A DNA stretch of 64,000 bases from Octopus vulgaris (taxonomy: Eukaryota). Below the pieces are notes generated by a model. The model worked only from the letters and a program-made list of their open reading frames with translations. It searched no databases and was not told the origin of the DNA. This document shows positions 24,641 to 37,535 of this stretch, in pieces. The stretch covers positions 34,162,001 through 34,226,000 of the forward strand of contig OX597829.1 of the NCBI GenBank assembly GCA_951406725.2. The letters are read 5' to 3'. Within the stretch, counting starts at the first letter, position 1. Each line of letters begins with the position of its first letter. Made by a program: the position numbers and the translations under genes.

Positions 24641-25215
24641 ATATACTAATAGAGAACCAAATCCCAAAATAGCCAATCTTAACTGATGAGGTAACGGAAA
24701 TTGCTAAAACTAAAGTCAGTATTAAGAATTTTCAATTGGCATTTTTCGGACGATTAAGGTCCCTGTTATGTATATGTTTACATCTATGACTACAGCATTA
24801 GAGCATTTTAGCCCTTATTTCTATCAATATAGGTGTTTCTAACACCCTTGTCACATTTAGTGACAATTATAATTCACCTTTTAAGTGAAACATTGCAAAC
24901 TGCTGTATATATTAATTTTTTGTACACACATTAACAAATCACTAAATCATTCATTAATTTAGATGACAAAACATATATGCTAATAGAGGAGCAAGTCTGA
25001 AAATAGCCAAATTTCGAGCCAGTCTTAAGTGATGAAGCAATGGAAATTGCTGAAACTGATGTCAGTATAAAGAATTCTCAATTGGCATTTTTTGAATCAT
25101 TAAGGTCCCTGTTAGTGTATATGTGCATTGACTACAACAATTAGAGTATTTTAGCTCTTATTTCTAGTAATGTAGGTGTTTATAACACCCTAGTCACATT
25201 TAGTGACAGTTTTAA
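24641..25215 (+). repeat. Tandem 346-bp repeat with one hammerhead motif per unit (retrozyme/pLTR-like)
   Basis: Cores at 24683 (CTGATGA) and 25029 (GTGATGA); flanking sequence is colinear. Confidence 0.8.
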
Positions 25216-25242
25216 TATATATTTTACATGCATACATACATA

Positions 25243-27629
25243 TCATCATCATCATCATCATCGTTTAACGTCCGCTTTCCGCGCTAGCACGGGTTGGACG
25301 GTTTGACCGGGTCTGGGAAGCCAGGGGCCGCTCCAGGCTCCAGTCTGAATCTGGCAGAGTTTCTACGGCTGGATGCCCTTCCTAACGCCAACCACTCCGT
25401 GAGTGGATTGGGTGCTTTTTACGTGCCACCTGCACAGGGGCCGGAGGGTCCGGCATCGTCACGATCGGTTCGAGCATTTTAACGTGTCAGCGGCACGGGG
25501 GCAACGAGGTCCGGGGTACTTTGGGGATCGGGGTATTTTGGGGATCCAGGGTACTTTGGGGATCCGGGGTACTTTGGGGATCCGGGGTACTTAGAATGGG
25601 TAGGGGGTATGTGGAATTGCTGCAGAAAGCAGCCCGGGTCTTTGTAGTCACAGCATATCTCCAGAGATCTCGGTCCTTCGCCATTGCCTCAGTGAGGCCC
25701 AATGCTCTGAGGTCATGCTTGACCACCTCATCCCATGTCTTCCTGGGTCTACCTCTCCCCCTGATACCTTCAACTGTTTGGGAGTGGCACTTCTTCACAC
25801 ATCTCTCTTCATCCATCCGCAGCACATGACCATACCATCGCAAGCGTCGCTCTTGCACACCACATCTGATGCTTCTTATATCCAGCATTTCTCTCAGGAT
25901 ACTTACACTCTGTTTTGCGTGCACACTGACACTACACATCCAGCGGATCATGCTAGCTTCATTTCTTTCAAGTCTACGCATGTCTTCTGCAGTCACAGCC
26001 CATGTTTCATTACCGTGAAGCATGGCAGTTCGCACACATGCATCATACAATCTACCTTTTGCTCTGAGGGAGAGGCCTTTTGTTGCAGTAGGGGTAGGAG
26101 CTTTCTGAACTTTGCCCAGGCTATTCATATTCTAGTGGTGATACTCTCTGTGCATCCACCTCCGCTACTAACTTGGTCTCCCAGGTAGCGGAAACTATCA
26201 ACTACTTCTAGTTTCTCTCCCTGGAGTGTGATGGAATCTGTTTTCTGAGTGTCTGTTGTGTCTATTGTCCCTGTGCATCTGCCGCACATGAAAGCTATCT
26301 TATCTGTTAATTTCCCTTTAATGTTGCTGCACCTCTTATGTGTCCATAACTTACATTGGGTGCATCTTATGGAGTTTCTACCTGTACCTTTCCTACAGGT
26401 TGAGCAGGGCCACCTACCCGAGGGGATGTGTGTTGAGTACCTCTTGCTGCTTACTAATACTTTGGTCTTTGCTACATTTATTCTAAGGCCCTTTGATTCC
26501 AACCCTTGCTTCCATACCCGAAATTTCTCTTCTAGTTCCGGTAGTGATTCTGCTATGAGAGCTAGGTCATCGGCATAGAGGAGCTCCCAGGGGCATCCCG
26601 TTTTGAATTCCTCTGTTATTGCTTGAAGGACTATGATGAACAAAAGGGGACTGAGGGCTGAGCCCTGGTGCACACCTACTTCTACTCGGAATTCTTCACT
26701 ATATTCGTTGCCAATCCTAACCTTGCTAACAGCCTCTCTGTATAGAGCCTGTACAGCCCTTATTAGCCATTCTTCAATCTCCAGTTTCCGCATCGACCAC
26801 CAGATAAGGGAACGGGGAACCCTGTCAAAGGCTTTCTCCAAGTCTACAAAAGCTATGTAGAGGGGTTTATCTTTAGCTAGGTATTTCTCCTGCAGTTGTC
26901 GGACCAGGAATATAGCATCAGTGGTGCTTCTACCTGGTACAAAACCGAACTGCATTTCATCTAAACAAATTCTCTCCCTAATGAGATTGGTTATGACCTT
27001 CTCTGAGACCTTCATCACCTGGTCCAACAGTTTGATACCTCTGTAGTTATTTCTATCTAGAGCATCACCCTTACCCTTGTAGCAGTTGACTATGGTACTG
27101 CTGCACCAGTCATTGGGTATGGCTCCATTGTGAACTACCTGGTTTACAATGCGGGTGACTATGGCATGGCCCACATAGCCAGCTGTTTTAAGCATCTCAG
27201 CAGTGATTCCTGATAGGCCAGGGGCTTTGCCTGGTTTCATATCCTTAATTGCCTTATCTACAAGGGAGCTGTCTATTCGGGTAGCTGGTCCCTCTACTGG
27301 GTCAACATTTGGCAGGCTCTCCTCCTCCCATTCATTCTCCTCATTTAGCAGTCTTTCATAATGGCTTCTCCAAGCCTCTTTCTTTTCACTAGTAGTAAAA
27401 GCAAGTGCCCCATCATCCATGCGGACACATTTCTCTCCTATAACATCGCTATTTTCTCTGACACACTGTCTGGCAATCCGAAATACTTCAGCTCTTTGAT
27501 CCTCGCGACGCTGGACATTGGCAAACTTCTTCTTTTCTGCTACATCTTTGGCAATGTATACCTGCCGCCCAGCCTCCCTTTTGGCTATCTGGTACAGTTC
27601 CCTGCTGCCCCCATCCTTCCAGGCTTTCC
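25243..27629 (-). mobile_element. 5'-truncated, relatively young RTE LINE (RT, PHD-like finger and C-terminus), inactivated
   Basis: ORF 26125-27738 with NYRGIKLL, QFGF, FVDLEKAFD, GVHQGS and YADD; premature TGA at 26125-26127 plus a 1-bp deletion before ORF 25487-26128; (GAT)n tail at 25243-25263; 18-bp repeats at 25510-25590. Confidence 0.95.
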
Positions 27630-28243
27630 AATATATAACAAATGGTAGATTCAGAAAATGGAATATATGAGAAACTTTATCGCTCATAACAATTATTTGG
27701 ACCAATCTTGCATCAATCCCTTGCAACTGGGATATCATGCAAGTAGTATTGGTGCATCACTCAGTGCAGACGTTTCATGTCAGGTGATGTTATATGGGGC
27801 ATCTCATTAAATCAACCCTGTTTTGCTCAGTTTTAATACAGTATGTTGTTAGTGGCTGTATGTTTAATCCGATGGACAGGTATATTCTATTTTCCATGTA
27901 TATCATTTGTTATGCTTGTCATCGCATTACTTAACCCGTTGGTAATACTTTCACATGATTAAAGAAAAAGAGAGTAGTTGCGTGCGATTATATTTTTAAA
28001 AAATCAGTTTCAGCTCAACTACCAATTTTAAAAATATAATCGCACACAGCACACAAAAACCACAATACGAAACCAGCTGTTCATGCAGGGATAAAAATTT
28101 GTGCCCGCTAAATGGAGCTTGCATGTGAGTATGTGTGTATATAGACGTGTTTTACTCAGTGTTTTTACACATTTTCCTGTATTTTTGCCTTTTAACCCTG
28201 TTTTTTCTTGTGTATAGACATGTAGTGTATCTGATATCCTCAT

Positions 28244-29219
28244 TGTTTGAGAGACACATTAGGAATGATCTTGTTCGAGATTACAACCATCTTTGGCTAG
28301 TTTGACACTGTTGTGTCCACTGCTCTGATTGGTTGGCATCTAGTGCAGTTTGTCTCTCTACTTATTTCGCACCAGTGTGTAAGCCAACAAATCATGGCCT
28401 TTGAATAAGGTCTCGTGACATTTTCCCTGATCCTTCATTTTGAGCCTACCACAGGTTATAAATAGGCCAGCATTCACTATTCTATGTCTTTCAACATTAG
28501 ACCTTCTAAGGTCTAGTCACTGACCATGGAGCTACTCAGCCATGTTCCAGTTCGAGCGACAGACGACCAGTCAGCCAGCCAGCCATGAAGACGCTATTAT
28601 ATACCAGCGACAGACAGGATGTTCTCCATCTCTGCCGCTGTCATCACCATCATCGTCTCCATCTCCACCAACACAGGTTTAAACTCACGCTGTTTGTGAA
28701 TATTCACCCTGGTAAAACAGACAAAGTCTACCTGAGGAAGTATCTGTATCAAGAGACTCGGCATGGCACTGAGGCCCCAACCGCTGCACATGTGCCTCAA
28801 CTGGCATCTGCCTCGTGACCTCCAACATCTTGTTATAGAACTCTTGCTATTGTGTACCTCATGAACTGGTAAACTAATTCCATCTTAACTCAATATGCTG
28901 AGACATTTATCTTATGCACTATATTTCTGTTTTAAGTGCATACACTATTATTTGTACTTTCTGTCACACACACGAACAGACACTTGTCGCATGCGCACAT
29001 ACACAACACCTCGCTAGCACTCACACACTCTCTCTGTACACATTGTAAATAAAGTCTTCTCTCTCAACAGTAGAACGGTTTGTTGTCCTCATTCATTCCT
29101 TTTGGCACTGTATTTTACATCATGTATTTGGCTTCTAATTTCATTAGGGGCGACCATGCGGCATTCAAAAGGAGACATTTGTCACCGACTCCTTATGTAC
29201 AGTCGTATCCCTGCAGACA
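28244..29219 (+). mobile_element. Possible solo LTR
   Basis: TG...CA ends with imperfect inverted termini, TATAAATA at 28458, AATAAA near 29048; no target-site duplication found. Confidence 0.35.
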
Positions 29220-29574
29220 TATGCATGATCCTTTTTTGTGCATGCGTGTGTGCGTATATAGGCTTGTGTGTATGCATGCATACAGGTATGTGCATATATA
29301 GACATGGTTGACTCTTTGTATACTCCTTTAGATGAATGTATACCTTTAGGCACACACACGTGGGTGTGCACCCCAAAATATTTTCATATTGATAAAGATC
29401 TATGTAATGATCTTTTGTAGACATTATTTAAAATTTAGGAGAATATGATTATTGTAAACAAAGTACAACTGAATGCTTTGCTCAGAGTAGACTTTGTAAA
29501 AATACACTGACAAGCAAAGAAAATGTCTCTTGAATGGTTTTGTAAAATGTACAGGTTGAGTAAAAAGTAAGCAA

Positions 29575-30445
29575 CATTTTGAACCATGAAGAATTTGTAC
29601 CTGATTTTTGCAGAGTTTTGAATTTTTTAAGACATTTTTTACAATTTTCTGATCATGCTCATATATACTTGCCCAAATGCACCAATAAATTAACATTGAT
29701 ATTTTTTCACCATTGTTCACAATCATCTGGAATGGAACTATCAAAGCACAATATTCGAGCAATTTTGCTATTCAACTTCAAAAAAAGGATGTAAAGCAGC
29801 TGAAACTGCTTACGATATCAACAAAATGTTTGGTGAGGAAATAACCAATGAGTGATCAGCTTGAAAATGGTTTAAATGATTTCACAGTGGAAACCTGAGC
29901 CTTGAAGATCATGAGCATAGTGGATGCACTTCTGTCATCAATGATGGTCAATCAAAGACTGTCATTGAGAAAGATCCACATAAAACCACTTGAGAACTGG
30001 CAAAAGAACTTCAAGTTGGCCAGAAAACTGCCTGCAACCATTTGCATGCAATCGGAAAATCAAAAAAGCTCGACAAATGGGTAGCACACGATTTGAATGA
30101 AAATCAGAAAATGTGCAGATATGAAATTTGCTCATTGCTTCTCCGTAACCAGACTGATCCATTTCTCAACTGTATTCTAACTTGTGATGAAAAGTGGATT
30201 CTGTACAATAATTAAAAACATTCTTCGCAGTGGTTGGACCAAAATCATCCCTAAACCTGACCTCTTCGAAAAGAAGGTTATGGTGACTGTTTGGTGGTGT
30301 ACTGCTGGACTCATCCACTATAACTTCTTAACACCCAGAAAAACCATTACTGCAGAAACATATTGCTATGAAATTGCCAAAATGGACAAAAAACGTCTAC
30401 TCTCCTGTTCCAGATTTGTCAACAGAAGAGGGCCAATCATTTTTT
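29575..30445 (+). mobile_element. Mariner transposase pseudogene
   Basis: MELSKHNIRAILLFNFKKG, TCDEKWILYNN and KKVMVTVWW; stops and frameshifts. Confidence 0.9.
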
Positions 30446-30618
30446 AATACAAAACATGACATAACATTTAAAAAATAATCAACCAATGTGGTTCAATTTG
30501 TTAGTTTGTTGATCAAGTTTTCTCAATTTTCTGATTATTTAAAAATATATATAAGAATTTTTTGCATAATGAGATAAAGAAACCAAGAGTGTGTAGATAT
30601 TAGAACATTTTTAGATAG

Positions 30619-30670
30619 GTCTTACAGCTGTTTCCAGGATATTTATTAATTGTATCCCTTCATCGGAGAC
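30619..30670 (-). ncRNA. Type I hammerhead ribozyme motif (U4C variant), compact
   Basis: Minus strand gtct-CCGATGA-agggata...tatcctg-GAAAC-agct-GTA-agac. Confidence 0.75.
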
Positions 30671-31445
30671 GGTGTGAGAGGATGGTTAAGTAATAGTTAA
30701 TTTAGATAGGATACAAAATAGAGAGTGAGGTGGAGGAAAGAAGATAGATGTGAGATATGTAGGGATATTAAAGTTGTAGATCCATTTTTTAGGCAGAATG
30801 GTATATATGTACGATTCCAATACCTTATGAGTAAAATCCAACAGAATTTAAAATGAGTCCTTCCAAATAGACAGTTTAAATGTTCACATTTCTTTAAAGT
30901 ACAAACCTAATAATTTCTGATAACTTCCTATAGATGTCCCTTTCCTTCAAATATGTAAGATGGGGCATTAATGTAATTGGATAAGAGGTATACTGAATGA
31001 TAAAAATGTCATAATTGACCTAAAGGTATAATACAGTATGAAGGATCTGTAAATGCAGGGAATAAAATACATTCTGCTCACCACAACTGCCCCAGGCTGA
31101 TAAAAAAAGACAACCCTGGTCTTGCTTCCCTCACATCTCTCCCGCTTCCTGCTTTGGTAGGACCCCTTAACCATTGACATCACAGCCCTTTCCTTCTGGT
31201 TAACCTCATCTCTACATATACCAAACCTGACTACAATCCCTGAGCCTCAAAAACGATATACAGAAAGATAACATGTTGGTAACAAGTCAAATCCCGCAAG
31301 GATAAGAAAATAAACATATAAAATAAATATTGTATGATTATAATGCCAAACTATATTGATCTCTTTACACTCTCCTGTTAACATTTTTAAAAGTATTTTC
31401 TGTAAAACACTGAAACAATGAATTTTTTAAAACAAATGTGTCAAC

Positions 31446-31451
31446 TTTATT
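31446..31451 (-). terminator. RWDD4: Candidate RWDD4 polyadenylation signal AATAAA
   Basis: About 50 nt after the stop codon on the minus strand; AT-rich context lowers specificity. Confidence 0.4.
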
Positions 31452-31502
31452 GCAGCTTTTTTTAAAATATACACATTTTCTTATAATGATAAGGCAAAGA
31501 AA

Positions 31503-31742
<240 letters not shown>

Positions 31743-34700
31743 CTACTTACTGAGCCAGACTTTGAAAATTAAAATCTTTAGCAATTCTGTACACTTAACA
31801 ATCAATGTTTAAAATTTGATAGTGGTATTGTTAGGTTATTGACATTTTATATCTTATATACGTATTTTAAGTTTCTGCTCATTGAATAACTTGGGTATTG
31901 CATTACTACTAGCAGAATAAAAGTTATTAGTAAAATCTGGGTATATTTAAGCATAGAAAGTTGATAACCATCCTCTAGCAATATTGAGATCGATCTATCA
32001 CATAAATCATACTATTCCAGTTTTTTATTTATTTTTTTATTTTACTGTTACTTTTACTACTTTTCAAGTCTTCTTTTGACCTTCAAGTATAATCTCTGAA
32101 AGGTATTTCTCTTATTTTCCATAATGACACGAGCAGGAAATCATACAGTATGTCATTGACTTAGTGTTTTATCATTTCCTCACTGAGGTTCAGCAGCCTG
32201 CGATCTGATCTCAGCAATTTTAATTATTCTCCTACTATTAAACTGATTAGAAATAAAATTGTTGAAGTGAAACAGGTAAAGTAGCAGGCTTGAAAAAGAT
32301 GAAAATAATTTTTCTTATAAAAAAATATTTTAGTTAATTTTTTTTCTTGTTTTCTAACCAATGAAGTGCATTTATAAAATGGCTTTATCAAGAGTGTTTT
32401 CTTCCGCAAATGCACAGACATCATATGTTAAGGACAGCTTGATTCATTAGCATTCCATCACTAGTAGACATACTTCAACATCTAGTTCACAGGATCCTTT
32501 TTTTACTAGAGCTGGTTGGTCTTGTACCTCCACCTCAAAGCATCCAAAATCCACTCATCACTTCACTTCTTAACACCCTTGGTGCATCCAACTGCCACTT
32601 TCTCTACACTAACCACAATATCCAACCATTTCTTCCCCAGAATCTTCTGGAACTTCTTCCCCACAGGTGTTAAATTTCAACAGTTTGAACAGAACATTAA
32701 TATTGTCAAACTCATTGGTCTTGGAGGGCCTGCAATGGTCATGGGCACTGCTTTTCCTCTAGATTCAGCAAGAGAAAAAGAGCACTTTATGACAATTTTA
32801 AATGCAAGCAAACTCAGAAATTATTTTGTGTCTCAGTTCACAGAAAACATTTTCAGAAATGTTTCTATTATATGAATGAAACCATTTTTTTATTATAAAA
32901 ATGCTAACACCAGTAAAATAATGCCATTAATGATAATTTATTTTAATTTTGGCAAAAGGTCAGAAATTTTGAGAGGAGGGCAAGTCAATTTCATCAACCC
33001 CAGTACTTGACTGATACTTTATTTTATTGACACCCAACTACTAACAATAATAGTGAGTATTATTAGCATTGTTCTATCACTAACTGGGTATATTTTCATT
33101 TGCCTGTTTTAGGTTTCTGACAATAAAAGATGTCATTACTCTTTCTAGTCTTCTTTAAATTGAAGCTGGGTCTTACAGAGCACAATTTTCTAATAAAACA
33201 CGAAAGTATTATTACTACAAGTAAATAGCTAATTAGCAATTCCTTCTTTAAAACTAATTTTTGTAATGAACACTTGAAAAGTGATTATGATGCTAAAGTA
33301 CTAATCAATGTCACCAATTTAAATTCTATTACAAGTGAGATAGTGTTCCACATCAGAACAGTTACAAAAATAAACAATTTATCTAAGTGTAGAATCAGTT
33401 TTCTTATTTTATTCAATTACTATTTTGCATATTTTGATTAAGAAATAAAAAAAACTTATTTTAAGCAAGAATACATTGAGAGTGAAATGGCACCTGCTAT
33501 ATCTCTCCTTATGGTCATTAGGACAGTAAATGGTAAATATATATATATGTATATATATATACACACATACACATGTATGTATGTACGTACGTATGTATGT
33601 ATGCATGCATGTGTCTATGTATGGATGTATGTATAGCTCAAATTTATAGAAAAATAACAGACGAAGACAAGTGTAGGAATGAGCAAGTGTATTAGTTTGA
33701 CACTCGAGAAAAATGGAAAAGTCTTTTGTTTCGAGCCTATGTTCTTCAACAGAAAGGAATAAGAGGAAATAAATAGAGAGAGAATGAAAAAAAATGTGTA
33801 GAATTCAGCGGTCCAATATATATGTATGTCATCATCATCATTTAACATCTGTTTTCCATGCTGGCAAAAATTTGATGGTATGATCGAAAACTGTTAGGCT
33901 GGGTAAGCTGCACCAGGTTCCACTCTGATTTGGTATGGTCTCTACAGCTGGATGCCCTTCCTAATGTCAACCACTCCTAGAGTGTAATGGGTGCTTTTTC
34001 CGTGCCACCAGCAGGGGCGCCAGTTACAAAACACCGGCATCGGACACGACTACGATCTCACTTCATTTGACAGGTCTTCTCAAAGTAAATGTTCAGCGAA
34101 GAATACAACGAATGTGCATTATTGAAAGTTAGTTCATACTGAGTTTTTATAGAACATGTGGACAAGAGAGAGAAGAAAAAGGGTAAGAGAGTAAAAGAAG
34201 TTTTATTTACAATTTTTGTTGTTGCACATGTTCTTTTTTTCATTGTGCACTGGTCTCTTCACTTTCCATGGTGTTTATTGGGAATCAACAAATATTTTGT
34301 GTATATATATTTGGTTTTACGCGAAAGGATGTAATTTTTGATTGGTTATAATTTTGATGATGTCTTATTCTTTCTAGTGGATGTATTTGATCAAAAAATA
34401 CATTTTGTTTTGTTATTAGTGTTTTGATTGGTTGGTTGGTTGGTTGGTTCCCTGTACATAGGAACAAGTTTTGATTGGTTGTAGGTTTTGTGATGTCACT
34501 TTATTTTGATAAAGAACCTATTTTTGCTTTGGTCAAGTTTAGTATTCTGCTTGGTTGACTTCCCTGTAGGGACTTCTTCTCTCTCTTGTTCATGTATTCT
34601 ATAAAAACTCAATATGACTGAACTTTCAATAATGTACATTTGTTATATTCTTCGCCAAACCTTTACTTTGTTATTATCTATCATTGAATTTTATGTGAAC

Positions 34701-34772
34701 ATTTAATCATTTGATTGTTTAAACATGTTTGTCTGTTTCAATTGCATTAACATATACATACATTTATACATA

Positions 34773-35574
34773 CAGGGTATGTAAAGTATTTGAAGACATA
34801 CCTTTTTTGAGTCATTGTTGCATTTTTTGCTAACTCTGTATAATCTTTGTTTCAGAAAATAATAATGGTAGACACTCAGCTTACTCAAGAAATGAAGAAG
34901 CATGCTCTTATTGTGGTTATAAAGGCTGAGTAGAGTGATTTAGAAATATCTTGATTTTTAAAAGTTGCCAGATCTTTCATTTACAAAGTTTGTAAGGAGC
35001 TAGAGACAGAAGATGGAAACATATCACCAGTATCAAAGCATAAAAAGCATTCTAAATGCTCTGAAATCATCAGAACACCTGAATTTATCCAGCAAGTTCA
35101 ACAGACCATTGATTACAATCCCAGAAGGTCAATTGCAAAAGATCTCCATATGTCAGAAGGAACAGTCAGAAATGTTGTCCATGAAGACATCAGATTTAGA
35201 AAACCACTACACCAGATCTAAAAGGCTCTTAAACAAACTGAAAAATCTAGCACAAGATTTGATTTGGTTTTTCTCAAATGAGAAAAACTTTGAACAAGAT
35301 CAAAAAGTTAAGATATGACAGATGGTTATGTGCAGACCCTTCTGAAGTTCCGAATGTTATGCATACAAAATTTCCTACAACTGTCATGGTTTTAGGAGTT
35401 GTTAGTAATGAAGGACATGTGATGCCTCCTTACTTCTTTCCACAAGACCTTAGAGTTAACTCTGCCACCTACATTGAGGTCCTGGAAATAATTGTTAAGC
35501 CCTGGGTAGACAGTGTATGCAATGGAAGACCATATGTGTTTCGGTAAGACTCTGCACTATCACACACAGCTCTA
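34773..35574 (+). mobile_element. Tc1/mariner-superfamily (maT-like) transposase pseudogene
   Basis: FFSNEKNF, TKFPTTVMVLGVVSNEG, YIEVLE..VKPW and DSA.SH; truncated by the Merlin element. Confidence 0.85.
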
Positions 35575-36605
35575 GGGATCTTTTCACTTTGACTAGCACA
35601 TTTAAAAAATAGTTATTTGTAACTAAACACTTATAAGCTTCGTAGAATGTGTTACATAAAACATCTTTTTCTCTTGGCTTTCTTGAGAAAATTTTGTAGT
35701 TTGTAAGCTATTTGTTGTTAAATTTCTGGCATTTTGGCAATTTCAACCAATCAATGATGTCTATTGAGGTGAATACAATTACTGCTGTTGTTTGTCAACA
35801 ACAACTTCCTGCGGTGTCTACTTAGTTTGTCACTGCTGTTTATGACAGAAGCGTGTGTATAAAATTATTCGTTTGGTTTTAGCTTTTTAGTTTATTTTGT
35901 TTGTTTTGAGATATGTGTGTATATAAAATTATTTTGTCAGTTTATTTTGTTTGTTTTGAGATACGCGTGTATATAAAATTATTTTGTTCGTTAATTGTTA
36001 AACTATTTTCGATTGCTTTGGTTTTAGCCTTTCATTTTTTTTTTCTTAATTGTTAAAGTATTTTCGATTGCTTTTAGGTTTACTTTGTTTTTTGAATTGT
36101 TAATTAATTTGTTTTTTGAAAATGGTTAGTCTAGGTGAGTTGTTTGATGCAATAAAAACGGAGGAAGATGTTGAAGCTTTCTTGTCAGAAAAGGGTATTA
36201 TACCCAATACTAAAAATTGTAGAAAAGGGCACCTAATGAAAAAGAAATTGGTAGAGAAGAATGTTTGCTGGCGGTGTAGTCGCAAAGGTTGCTGTGAGAG
36301 AGTGTCTGTCCGAAAGGGGACATGGCTAGAAGGTACCACACTTCCTCTGCGGATTGTAGTAATTTTTTATTGTACTCTTGGGTCAAGGAACTGACTACAG
36401 TGCGTTATTGTGTAGAAGAACTGGGGATGAGCCACAGTGCAGCTGTGGATTATAACAATTATGTGCGAGAAGTATGCGCACATGACTTGCTCATGAACCC
36501 AGTTGTAATAGGTGGTCCTGGGAAGATTGTCGAGATAGACGAGACAGTCTTCTCTAGGAGAAAGTATAATTGAGGAAGGTTGCTACATCAGCAATGGGTA
36601 TTTCT
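35575..36605 (+). mobile_element. Merlin (ISXO2/IS1595-like) transposon, 3'-truncated
   Basis: CWRCSRKGC..SVRKGTWLE and IGGPGKIVEIDETVFSRRKYN*GR..QWVF; subterminal tandem repeats at 35850-36075. Confidence 0.88.
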
Positions 36606-37244
36606 TCACAACCAATGTTGTGTTTACATTCCTGTAACTTAGTGGTTTGGCAAAAGACACTGATGGAACAAGTACTACTTACAAATAATAAATCCTGTGT
36701 CTATGTTACTCAAAAACTCTCCCCTTCCACTCCTTTCTTTTCCCATAGGGCTAGCCAAGTATCTCCCCTATAGTAAAACATCGCTGCCTGTCTATTATAT
36801 TTTCACCTGACACAAAGCCACTTCTCTCAGTACTACTCACTCTCTGGCTGGGCAGCCAACTGGTCTGATGCCACATAAAAAGTACCCAGTACAGTTTCTA
36901 AAGTAACTGGCGTTAGGATGGGAATCCAGCCATAGAAACCATGCCAAAGCAGACAATGGAGCCTGGTGCAGCTCTCTGGCTTGCCAGCTTCTGTCAATTC
37001 ATACAACCCATACCAGCATGGAAGATGGATTTAAATGATGATGATGATTATGATTATGTTGTAAAGAGATGGTAGATACATAAACACAAATGGCCGTTTA
37101 TAATTAACTTTACAGATGTATTTAATTTCACTTTAATATGGTTAAAACAAAACCAAACTGTTAAGACAAAAGTTAACGCCATAATTGACTGATCTTTATT
37201 ACAGAATGAAAAATTACTAAAAATAAAAACAATAGTACATTTAC

Positions 37245-37367
37245 CTCAGGTTCAGCAGTAACAGGCACAAGAACAGTAGTTGGTTGATAAACCATCAACA
37301 TGCCAATATTCTCCTTAACCCATTCAAAAAGTGTATAAGTCATTGCACACCCTAACATTTCATCTGA
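37245..37367 (-). CDS. RWDD4: RWDD4 coding exon 5 (123 nt)
   Basis: SDEMLGCAMTYTLFEWVKEN... matches the LGTAMTYTLFE motif; AG/GT boundaries, phase 0-0. Confidence 0.95.
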
Positions 37368-37380
37368 CTGAAGAAAAAAG

Positions 37381-37535
37381 TTATTAAATGTTATTTAACA
37401 CATTTTGGTTTAAAGACTATCAACAATTTAAAAGTGGAATTTTTGAAATTATATACTTATTCAAAATAGCATATATGTGATGAGTATTAAAAATGCATTT
37501 ACTTGTAATCCATTTCAAGTTATATTTAGCAATCA
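37381..37535. repeat. 155-bp segment duplicated at 42992-43147
   Basis: Direct repeat, apparently identical except for one T. Confidence 0.95.

Noticed and set aside
27630-27738. N-terminus of the 537-aa ORF (MISQLQG...)
   Set aside because: Read-in from flanking sequence upstream of the RTE 5' truncation; not a real start, and the element is not intact
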